Below, piece after piece: positions 52,110 through 59,742 of a DNA stretch of 64,000 nt; within the stretch, counting starts at the first letter, position 1; the number at the start of each line of letters is the position of its first letter. Location of the stretch: positions 2,378-66,377 of the forward strand of contig WGNC01000013.1 of assembly GCA_016124745.1 (NCBI GenBank), given 5' to 3'. The stretch is from Thiobacillus sp. Lineage in GTDB: Bacteria > Pseudomonadota > Gammaproteobacteria > Burkholderiales > Thiobacillaceae. The position numbers and the translations under genes are program-made. Below the pieces are notes generated by a model. The model had not been told where the DNA came from. It did not search any database and saw only the letters and a program-made list of their open reading frames with translations.

Positions 52110-52643
52110 ATGAATTTTTGCAGTGAATGTGGCAGTGCCGTGGTGCTGCGCGTACCGGATGGCGATCACCTGCCGCGTCACGTATGCCCCGATTGCGGGG
52201 CCATCCATTACCAGAATCCCAAAATGGTCGTCGGCTGCATCCCGGAATGGGAGGACAAGGTGCTGTTGTGCCGCCGCGCCATCGATCCAAAGTACGGACT
52301 GTGGACGTTGCCGGCCGGCTTCATGGAAAACGGCGAAACCACGCTCGAGGGTGCGGCTCGCGAAACCTGGGAGGAAGCCGGGGCCCGGATCGAAATGGGC
52401 GGCCTCTACACCCTGTATAACCTGCCGCACATCAATCAGGTGTATCTGATGTTCCGGGCGCGGCTGCTCGATCTGGATTTTCAGCCTGGGATCGAATCGC
52501 TCGAAGCCCGCTTATTCACTGAAGCTGAAATCCCATGGAATGAAATCGCATTCCGCACCGTGCATGCAACGCTGCAACAGTATTTCAACGACCGCCGCAG
52601 CGGGATGTTCGGATTCCATTTCGGGGATATCCGCTCGCGCTGA
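52110..52643 (+). CDS. NUDIX hydrolase with N-terminal zinc ribbon
   Basis: FCSECG...VCPDCG; Nudix box GFMENGETTLEGAARETWEEAG. Confidence 0.9.
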   Translation: MNFCSECGSAVVLRVPDGDHLPRHVCPDCGAIHYQNPKMVVGCIPEWEDKVLLCRRAIDPKYGLWTLPAGFMENGETTLEGAARETWEEAGARIEMGGLYTLYNLPHINQVYLMFRARLLDLDFQPGIESLEARLFTEAEIPWNEIAFRTVHATLQQYFNDRRSGMFGFHFGDIRSR

Positions 52644-52657
52644 AACCTCATCCCGGA

Positions 52658-54172
52658 TCAGGCCGCGACAGCGAACTGCTCCCGCCCCACCACATCCATG
52701 GCCACGCGCAACCAGCCTTCGTGGCTTTCCTGAACTTCGCCCAGCCGCAAGCGATACAGAACGTCGCCATCGCGCAGCAGCAGCGTGGCCCCCAGCTTGT
52801 AATGCGTCCGTGGAACCAGCAGATTGCTGCTCGCTTTTTCGGTGTGGGTCATCGGCAAGAACACCGCCCAGGCCTTTTCCTGTGTGGCATCCGGCATTTC
52901 CGCTTCAAACTGGATTTCCACCCGCTTCGGATGGCGCGACAAGCGTTGCGTGCCGACCAGATGCTGGCCATCCTCTTCGCGAATCCAGCGTATGGCCAGC
53001 AATTGCCAGACATTCTCCATCGGATCCCAACTCACGGCCACCAGGCTGCCATGCGGCAGCGCTTGCGCTTCGGGCAGCGCGAATCCCATGCCCTCCGTGC
53101 TCTCGTCGCGTAGCATCCAGGGCTCCAGAATCGGACGTCCCTTGTCTGCGTCGGGCTTGGCCAGCGCCGCCAGGATGCTATCGATACCCGCAGCCACCCA
53201 TACCCGCCCGAAACGATGCGTACGCGGACGATTGCGGCTTATGCCGCCGCGTTCGATCAGGCTCGCCATCTGGCGGGTGAGTCCATTTTCAGACTCTGCC
53301 GACGCATTCTGATCGAGTGACTTCAGGTAATCGATAAGAGGGCGCAGCGCAAAGTAACGCAGGCGCCGGCCCTGTACATAATCCCCACCCAGTATGCAGG
53401 CGCCTTCCGGCATGGACAGGTCTACCACGTGGGTATGCACGTCACGCTGGGGAACCAGTGCAGGGAGAGGCAAGGGCTCATAGCCCTCGATAATCTGTGC
53501 GATGGATTCGATTTCCTGGGCGCGATAACCCAACGGATGAATCAGGCCCATCATGACCACCTGCGCGTACTCGCGCGCGCAATGGGTGGAGCGTTTATTG
53601 ATCAGGACATCCTGCGTCGCAAAGCCGTCACGCTCGGCCAACCGGTAAATCTTGTGCATGCGGCGCCAGGCGGAGGTTGCCGGATTGCGCGCCTGATGAT
53701 AGTCCCAGCGCATGACCAGGCCGGCGTAGCGTAGCGCCCGGGTGGCGATTTCGGCGGCAAAGGGCTTCAATTCAACGCTTGCCTGGCCTCGATAGGCCTG
53801 CTTCAGCATCACCAGCCAGGCCTCAGCCAGCAGTGACCAGAAAACCCAGGATTCACGCCACAATGCCTGGCGCGCCAGCCGGAAAGTCGCCTGGTTACGC
53901 ACATATTGCTGAACCACGCGTAGTTGCAAAGGCAGACCGATCGCTTCCAGTTTCAGCAGCGCCTTCATGCGATTGAGCGTCGCCGCTTCATTTTCTGCAT
54001 TGAAGCGCTCCAACCCTTCGACCAGCGCATGATGTGCATCGTAATCCGAATCCGCCGGCAAATTTTTCAACCACTTTTCTGTTGCCTTTACGGTTGCGAA
54101 CGGCGAGCCCGCTTCGACTTTTCTGCGTCGGGTCAAGGTATTCAACATTTCGAATAATTCGCTCATGGCCAT
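52658..54172 (-). CDS. FimW-like putative c-di-GMP receptor with PilZ-like C-terminus
   Basis: Long helical N-domain; RNRPR (RxxxR) and DESTEG (DxSxxG) about 40 aa apart; start set from the sigma-54 site (54172 or 54166). Confidence 0.55.
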   Translation of the reverse strand: MAMSELFEMLNTLTRRRKVEAGSPFATVKATEKWLKNLPADSDYDAHHALVEGLERFNAENEAATLNRMKALLKLEAIGLPLQLRVVQQYVRNQATFRLARQALWRESWVFWSLLAEAWLVMLKQAYRGQASVELKPFAAEIATRALRYAGLVMRWDYHQARNPATSAWRRMHKIYRLAERDGFATQDVLINKRSTHCAREYAQVVMMGLIHPLGYRAQEIESIAQIIEGYEPLPLPALVPQRDVHTHVVDLSMPEGACILGGDYVQGRRLRYFALRPLIDYLKSLDQNASAESENGLTRQMASLIERGGISRNRPRTHRFGRVWVAAGIDSILAALAKPDADKGRPILEPWMLRDESTEGMGFALPEAQALPHGSLVAVSWDPMENVWQLLAIRWIREEDGQHLVGTQRLSRHPKRVEIQFEAEMPDATQEKAWAVFLPMTHTEKASSNLLVPRTHYKLGATLLLRDGDVLYRLRLGEVQESHEGWLRVAMDVVGREQFAVAA

Positions 54173-54200
54173 GTCATCAAGGTTCAGGTAGTCCATGACC

Positions 54201-54217
54201 AGCACCATTTGTGCCAG
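54201..54217 (-). promoter_or_regulatory. Sigma-54 (-24/-12) promoter candidate
   Basis: cTGGCAC-AAATG-GTGCT; GG and GC separated by the canonical 10 nt. Confidence 0.6.
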
Positions 54218-54396
54218 CAGACACCGATGCCTGGACTTGCCCGGACTTCTCGCGTTTATTGGTCTTCGCGGAAGCGCCCTGCCGACCCGACATAACCGAT
54301 CCATGAAAATCCGACACTTTCTGTTGACGCAACGACAATGCGGTCTGCTAAGGTGATGCCGCGTGAAGCGCCCCGCACAAACGGGATCGAACCCGC

Positions 54397-54409
54397 TACA
54401 ATGCGCGCC
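54397..54409 (+). promoter_or_regulatory. Stable-RNA-type promoter: -10 TACAAT plus GC-rich discriminator
   Basis: TACAAT-GCGCGCC immediately before the tRNA-like sequence at 54412. Confidence 0.6.
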
Positions 54410-54411
54410 GT

Positions 54412-54500
54412 GGAGGTGTGGCCGCGGGTTTCGAGGCGCCGGTCATGACTCCAGCGCGCAAGTTGCCGCCGGAACCCGATCCGGCGGGCACGGCTCAACA
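54412..54500 (+). pseudogene. Degenerate copy of tRNA-Ser(TGA)
   Basis: GGAGGTGTGGCCG..GGTTT..AGGCGCCGGTCaTGAc aligns to the intact tRNA 99 nt downstream; anticodon TGA kept at 54446-54448; acceptor stem does not close. Confidence 0.6.
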
Positions 54501-54510
54501 ATGAGGTACT

Positions 54511-54600
54511 GGAAGCGTGGCCGAGCGGTTTAAGGCACCGGTCTTGAAAACCGGCGATGGTGCAAGCCATCCGTGAGTTCGAATCTCACCGCTTCCGCCA
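54511..54600 (+). tRNA. tRNA-Ser (anticodon TGA)
   Basis: Acceptor GGAAGCG/CGCTTCC, anticodon stem CCGGT/ACCGG with loop CTTGAAA, long variable arm, GTTCGAATC, encoded CCA. Confidence 0.97.
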
Positions 54601-54728
54601 CCCCTTCGAATCACGCGAAGTGGGCAAGCCCAGGCGCATGGTTGTTTCCCCCCCAATACCAGAGCAATCAGGACGTCCAAGCGGGCGTTATTTGTCGTAC
54701 CGGCCAGACTTGATGAGAAAATCAGCAC

Positions 54729-55586
54729 ATGGCTCAAGCTTTGTCCCTCACTCCCAGCAACCACGACCGCGACAGCGCGAAGATGACCTATGTCTATCCC
54801 GTCGTGTCGCGGCGCGCGGCCGGGGTATCGGTAGGCGTCAACCTAAATCCCAACTCGGCTTGCAACTGGGCATGCGTGTATTGCCAGGTTCCGGAACTGA
54901 AGCGCGGCACCGCGCCGGATATCGACCTGATCCAGCTGGAAGAAGAACTGCGCACGATGCTCGCCTCCATCCTCCATGGCGATTTCATGCAAACGCGCGT
55001 TCCCGCAGGAGCTCGACGCCTAAACGACATAGCCCTGTCGGGCAACGGCGAACCGACCAGCGCCCGGGTCTTTCCGCAGGTCGTCGAACTGATTGGCCGG
55101 GTGATGGCGGATTTCGATCTCGTCGGCCGGATCAAGCTGGTGCTGATCACCAACGGCAGCCTGATCGACCGGCCGCGCGTGCAGGCCGGCCTCGAAAAAA
55201 TGGCGGCATTGAACGGCGAAGTCTGGTTCAAGTTTGACAGCGCGACGGCAAGCGGCATGCGCAGCATCAACCAGACCCGCATCAGCCCTGACAAGCAGTT
55301 CGAGCGCCTGGGCATCGCTGCGCACTTGTGCCCGACCTGGCTGCAAACCTGCGTGTTCGCGCTGGATGGTGCGCCACCGTCGGAAAACGAGCAGGCAGAA
55401 TATCTGGCTGCGGTGACCCGCATGCGGCAGCACCGGCTACCCGTACAGGGCGTGTTGCTGTATGGCCTGGCACGGCCCTCGATGCAGCCGCAGGCTAACC
55501 GCCTGTCGCCACTGCCTGCCGAATGGCTGGATGATTTTGCCGGGAAGATTCGTGCGGCGGGTTTGCCCGTAAAGGTATCGCTGTGA
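54729..55586 (+). CDS. Radical SAM protein of unknown function
   Basis: CxxxCxxC (CNWACVYC), IALSGNGEPT, LITNGS. Confidence 0.88.
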   Translation: MAQALSLTPSNHDRDSAKMTYVYPVVSRRAAGVSVGVNLNPNSACNWACVYCQVPELKRGTAPDIDLIQLEEELRTMLASILHGDFMQTRVPAGARRLNDIALSGNGEPTSARVFPQVVELIGRVMADFDLVGRIKLVLITNGSLIDRPRVQAGLEKMAALNGEVWFKFDSATASGMRSINQTRISPDKQFERLGIAAHLCPTWLQTCVFALDGAPPSENEQAEYLAAVTRMRQHRLPVQGVLLYGLARPSMQPQANRLSPLPAEWLDDFAGKIRAAGLPVKVSL

Positions 55587-55996
55587 TCTACGGTATTGGC
55601 ACCGATCTGTTGGACGCGGAACGTGTCCGCCACGGACTGGCGCGCTTCGGCGAACACTATGCCGACCGCATTCTCGCCCCGGCCGAGCATGCCGGCTACT
55701 ACGCGAGTGCCGACCCGGCGCGGTTCCTGGCCAAGTGCTTCGCCGCCAAGGAGGCCTTTGCCAAGGCAGCCGGCACCGGACTGCGCGCACCGGTGAGCCT
55801 GCGCAATATTGCTGTGCTGCGCGACGCGCATGGCAAGCCGTTGATCGAGTGCGCACCCGAGCTCGCTGAATGGCTGGCAGCGCGCGGGATCACCGCGCAT
55901 CATGTATCGCTTTCGGACGAAGGCCGGTTCGTGCTGGCGTTCGTCGTGCTGGAGCATAGTCCGTCCCCAATTACCCCCGCGGAGAATCCATCGTGA
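55583..55996 (+). CDS. acpS: Holo-[acyl-carrier-protein] synthase
   Basis: MIYGIGTD, FAAKEAFAKA.GTG, GKP, HVSLSDE. Confidence 0.95.
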   Translation: MIYGIGTDLLDAERVRHGLARFGEHYADRILAPAEHAGYYASADPARFLAKCFAAKEAFAKAAGTGLRAPVSLRNIAVLRDAHGKPLIECAPELAEWLAARGITAHHVSLSDEGRFVLAFVVLEHSPSPITPAENPS

Positions 55997-57072
55997 CGCT
56001 TGGCCCCCTGATGCTCGACGTGGCAGGCACCGAACTCACCGACGACGACAGGCGGCGTCTCGGCCATCCGCTGGTCGGCGGCGTGATCCTGTTCAGCCGC
56101 AACTATCGCGACCCGGCCCAGTTGGCCGCGCTGACCACGGAAATCCATTCGCTCAAGCCGGCGCCGCTGCTGATCGGCGTCGATCACGAGGGCGGCCGGG
56201 TACAACGTTTCCGCGAAGGCTTCACCCGCCTGCCGCCGATGCGCACTTTCGGCGAAATCTGGAACGCGCATCCGCAGCAGGCCAGACATCTGGCGCGCGA
56301 AACCGGTTATGTGCTGGCGAGCGAGTTGCGCGCGCATGGCATCGATTTCAGCTTTGCCCCGGTGCTCGACCTCGACTACGGCGCTTCCTCGGTCATCGGC
56401 GACCGTGCCTTTCACGCCGATCCGCATGCCGTATTCGAACTGGGCCAGGCGGTGATGCTGGGGATGAAGGACGCCGGTATGGCGGCCTGCGGCAAGCACT
56501 TTCCCGGCCATGGCTTCGTAGTGGCGGATTCCCACGTGGACATCCCGGTGGACGCACGCACCCTGGCCGATATCGCCATCGCCGACCTGGTGCCGTTCCG
56601 CCTGATGATCGAGGCCGGCCTCACCGCGATCATGCCGGCACACGTCATCTATCCTGAGATCGACGCGCGACCCGCCGGCTTCTCGCGCGTATGGCTGCAG
56701 AAGCTGCTGCGTCATCAACTGCAGTTCGACGGCGCAGTGTTCAGCGACGACTTGTGCATGGCGGGTGCCGCCGTGGCAGGCGGCGTGGTCGAACGCGTGA
56801 TGGCAGCGCTCGAAGCGGGGTGCGACATGGCGCTGGTGTGCAACCGCCCCGACCTGGCCGACGAAGTCCTGGCGAACCTGAAAGTAGACTGGTCCGCCCC
56901 TTCCCGCGCAAGACTGGCCCGCATGCACGGGCATCCTCACCCGCCCACGATGACCCTGCTGCGCGAGTCGACGCGCTATGCCAATGCGCTGCACCATATC
57001 GCCGGCCTGGGTATGGATTCCGCCGACCTCAACCTGCAGGTCGATCCGACGGACTACTGCGGCCGTTCGTAG
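55993..57072 (+). CDS. nagZ: Beta-N-acetylhexosaminidase
   Basis: GGVILFSRN, VDHEGGRVQR, KHFPGHG...DSH, MPAHVIY, FSDDL.M. Confidence 0.95.
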   Translation: MTLGPLMLDVAGTELTDDDRRRLGHPLVGGVILFSRNYRDPAQLAALTTEIHSLKPAPLLIGVDHEGGRVQRFREGFTRLPPMRTFGEIWNAHPQQARHLARETGYVLASELRAHGIDFSFAPVLDLDYGASSVIGDRAFHADPHAVFELGQAVMLGMKDAGMAACGKHFPGHGFVVADSHVDIPVDARTLADIAIADLVPFRLMIEAGLTAIMPAHVIYPEIDARPAGFSRVWLQKLLRHQLQFDGAVFSDDLCMAGAAVAGGVVERVMAALEAGCDMALVCNRPDLADEVLANLKVDWSAPSRARLARMHGHPHPPTMTLLRESTRYANALHHIAGLGMDSADLNLQVDPTDYCGRS

Positions 57073-57172
57073 TCCGGATCGCTTTCCGGCAGCGCTTTCG
57101 CCGCTTCCGTCCTGATCGCCTAGTCCGCCCCCATCCATTGAACCCACCACGCGAAAGGACTTGCATGAACGC

Positions 57173-57203
57173 TTGACTTGTTATTACGAATCGTTATCAT
57201 TCG
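57173..57203 (+). promoter_or_regulatory. Sigma-70 promoter overlapped by a Fur-box-like palindrome (hemP)
   Basis: TTGACT(57173)-N16-TATCAT(57195); CGAATCGTTATCATTCG palindrome at 57187-57203. Confidence 0.75.
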
Positions 57204-57231
57204 CATGCATTACCTGCTGAGCGCATCCTCA

Positions 57232-57447
57232 ATGACGCAGACGAGCAAACCCGCGCGCATCGCCAGGCACCCCGACACCCCAGGCTCGGACCGGCTTTCG
57301 CTCGAACCGGGTCAACAGGCTGCGGCGTCAGGCGCCATTCCGGCTGAACAGTTGTTCAAGGGCGTGCAGGAAATCCGGATCCTGCACAAAGGCGACCTTT
57401 ACCGCCTGCGCATCACCCGCAACGACAAGCTCCTCCTGACCAAATAG
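57232..57447 (+). CDS. hemP: Hemin uptake protein HemP
   Basis: C-terminal LFKGVQEIRILHKGDLYRLRITRNDKLLLTK. Confidence 0.9.
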   Translation: MTQTSKPARIARHPDTPGSDRLSLEPGQQAAASGAIPAEQLFKGVQEIRILHKGDLYRLRITRNDKLLLTK

Positions 57448-57457
57448 GGAGACCGAA

Positions 57458-57655
57458 ATGTACATCTGCATTTGCCGCCAGGACACCGACCGGGACATCC
57501 ATGAAGCCCTGGCACAGGGCGCCTGCCGCATGCGCGACTTGCGCGAAAGGCTCGGCGTGAGTATGCAATGCGGCAAGTGCGCGGAATGCGCGCATACCGT
57601 TCTGAAGGAAGCCTGTGATGCATGCGTAAGCCCCGCATGCACGAAAGCTGCCTGA
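57458..57655 (+). CDS. bfd: Bacterioferritin-associated ferredoxin [2Fe-2S]
   Basis: MYICIC...LGVSMQCGKC; GGAG RBS. Confidence 0.9.
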   Translation: MYICICRQDTDRDIHEALAQGACRMRDLRERLGVSMQCGKCAECAHTVLKEACDACVSPACTKAA

Positions 57656-57795
57656 TGGTTCCCGGTCAAGATTCAACCGCTCACCGCGCAGGTTAAGAAA
57701 GCGCCCCCAGCCCTTTCAGCAATCCGCACCCGCCAGCCAACCCGTCGACTTCGGGCAAGCCAGCAGATTCTCTTACTGACTTGCAAGGAGTTGTC

Positions 57796-58041
57796 ATGAA
57801 TCGATCGCCGCACACTGAATCCGGCATGGGCAATCATGCCGACCTGATGGCCGGCGCCATTCACCATCTTCGCAATGCCATGGAAACCGGATCGCGGCGT
57901 TCATGCGCGGTCGCGTGCCTGCTGTTCGCCTGCCTTGCGCAGGACGAATCGCTCGGCGCGGCCCTTTGCGACGAGTGCAAAGGGCTGGGCGAATGCCTCG
58001 AGGGGCTGTCGGATCAGTCCGCATGGACCATTCAGCCTTGA
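57796..58041 (+). CDS. Small Cys/His-rich hypothetical protein (81 aa)
   Basis: AAGGAG RBS; 6 Cys including CAVAC and CDEC, plus an HH pair; lies within the iron locus. Confidence 0.6.
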   Translation: MNRSPHTESGMGNHADLMAGAIHHLRNAMETGSRRSCAVACLLFACLAQDESLGAALCDECKGLGECLEGLSDQSAWTIQP

Positions 58042-58130
58042 CTCAACACTTCACAACCCAGCCAGCCAACGGAATGCGTTTCTCCACTAGCCAGCCAATC
58101 CGACTGTCTACACATGAAAAGGGAGAAACC

Positions 58131-59579
58131 ATGCAATACAACCGCAACCTGAGGGTCGCGCTGATGCTGGCCGGACTCGCTGCCGCACCGGCCGAAGCCG
58201 CGGAGTCTGCAGTCGACCAGCAGTTGCTCTTGCAGGCCTACGAAAAGCTGCTGCAACGCGTCGATCAGCTCGAAGCCTCCAATAAAAGACTGGAAGCCGC
58301 CCTCGAACAGAACCCCAACAAGCCTCCGGTCGGAAACCAGACCGCGGAGATTGCCGGTCGCGAGGAAGATCTTGAAAACCAGTTACTGGAAATGAAGAAG
58401 CCCAGCGAATCGGGCATCGCATTCGGCGCCTCGATGACCATGGTGGCGCTGGACGCAGTGAGCGGCACCGTCGCGGGCAAGAATGACAGTGCGCTGAATT
58501 ATCTCGCCGACATCGAATTCGTAATTCCAGGCGATGCACTCGGCAAACTGACCAGTTTCGGTTACAGCACGTTCTTCGCCCACCTTCGCGCAGGCCAGGG
58601 CAACAGCCTCGACAGCGTTTACCCCACGCTCACCGGCACGGTCAATTCGACAACTTTCGAGCTCTCCAAGGGCGACGAATCCTCGTTCATCCTCGCGGAG
58701 GCCTGGTATCAACTGGGCATCCCTCTCAACGAGGACAAGGCCGGCCGGCTCGGTCGCGTCGAGATGACGCTCGGCAAGATGGACATCTTCGGTTTTTACG
58801 ACGGCAATGACATCGCCGACGACGAGACCGAGTTCTTCCTCAACAACGTCTTCGTGCACAACCCGCTGCTGGATTCCGGGGGCGATGTCACGGCGGACGA
58901 CTTCGGCTTCGCGCCGGGCCTGAACGTCGCTTACATCAATGACGTCAACAGCGTCAACCAGTGGAAGTTTTCGCTGGGCATGTTCGGTTCGGGCTCGGGC
59001 GCGGCTTTCGACGACAGTTTTTCCGATCCCTTCGTCATCGGCGAGGCCGACTATAGCGGCAACATCCTGTTCGGATTGCCCGGCACCTATCGCTTCTACG
59101 GCTGGTACAACGGCCAGGGCCTGGCCTACGCCAACGAGTTCGACGCCGCCACCGAAAGCCATACCGGCCTCGGGTTTTCCATCGACCAGCAGGTGTCGCG
59201 GCATGTCACCCTGTTCTCACGTTACGGCCACTCGCTCGACGGCCAGGTCAAGTTCGACTGGGCGTTCACGCTGGGTGGACAGCTTGGCGGCACCCCCTGG
59301 GGCCGGCCAACCGACCGTGTCGGCCTGGCCTTCGGCTGGCTGAATCCGAGCAGCGAATTCAAGGCCGCCGCCCCCACGCTTGACGCCGATGGAGACGGCG
59401 AACTGGACTTCGGCTTCACACCCGGCGGTGCGGAGACCCAGGCCGAGTTGTTCTACGCCTGGCAGATCAACAACAACTTCCAGCTCACGCCCAGCGTGCA
59501 GTGGGTCGGCCAGCCGGGCGGCGGCAGCTCGGCCGACGACATCGTGATGCTGGGCCTGCGCGCCAAGGCCGCGTTCTAG
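58131..59579 (+). CDS. OprB-like (carbohydrate-selective family) outer membrane porin with N-terminal coiled coil
   Basis: GGAG RBS; signal peptide; coiled coil; EAWYQL, GKMDIF.FYD.N..ADDE..FF.N.VF..NP, ELFYAWQIN...LTPSVQ, terminal Phe. Confidence 0.82.
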   Translation: MQYNRNLRVALMLAGLAAAPAEAAESAVDQQLLLQAYEKLLQRVDQLEASNKRLEAALEQNPNKPPVGNQTAEIAGREEDLENQLLEMKKPSESGIAFGASMTMVALDAVSGTVAGKNDSALNYLADIEFVIPGDALGKLTSFGYSTFFAHLRAGQGNSLDSVYPTLTGTVNSTTFELSKGDESSFILAEAWYQLGIPLNEDKAGRLGRVEMTLGKMDIFGFYDGNDIADDETEFFLNNVFVHNPLLDSGGDVTADDFGFAPGLNVAYINDVNSVNQWKFSLGMFGSGSGAAFDDSFSDPFVIGEADYSGNILFGLPGTYRFYGWYNGQGLAYANEFDAATESHTGLGFSIDQQVSRHVTLFSRYGHSLDGQVKFDWAFTLGGQLGGTPWGRPTDRVGLAFGWLNPSSEFKAAAPTLDADGDGELDFGFTPGGAETQAELFYAWQINNNFQLTPSVQWVGQPGGGSSADDIVMLGLRAKAAF

Positions 59580-59669
59580 GCGCAAACCATCGCTGCCATA
59601 TTCGGGAGGCCCGGCATGTTGGGGCTTTCGCATGCCCCTAAATTGCCAGCAATTCTGTTTACGCAAAGC

Positions 59670-59701
59670 TTGACTAAAAAATGAGAATGGTTATTATTAA
59701 C
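59670..59701 (+). promoter_or_regulatory. Sigma-70 promoter overlapped by a Fur box (feoB)
   Basis: TTGACT(59670)-N16-TATTAT(59692); GAGAATGGTTATTATTAAC (59683-59701) matches GATAATGATAATCATTATC at 14/19. Confidence 0.8.
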
Positions 59702-59742
59702 ATGCAATTCAAGCAACGCTCCAACTGCCCTACTTGATTCCC

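Noticed and set aside
54601-54620. TTCGAATC repeated just after tRNA-Ser, possible att-site remnant
   Set aside because: Only 8 bp, with no integrase or second tRNA 3'-end copy seen in the window.
57903-58130. Long 5' extensions in the ORF track (porin, nadE, rnhB, cdsA, tsf, hslO, rmuC, antiporter, feoA)
   Set aside because: They overlap neighbouring genes and lack family similarity; internal starts with an RBS or stop-start overlap fit better.
59578-59670. GCAAACC...ACGCAAAGC resembling a c-di-GMP-I (GEMM) riboswitch before feoB
   Set aside because: Spacing is too long, with no GNRA-capped P2 stem or receptor; the region is better explained by a weak hairpin and the Fur promoter.
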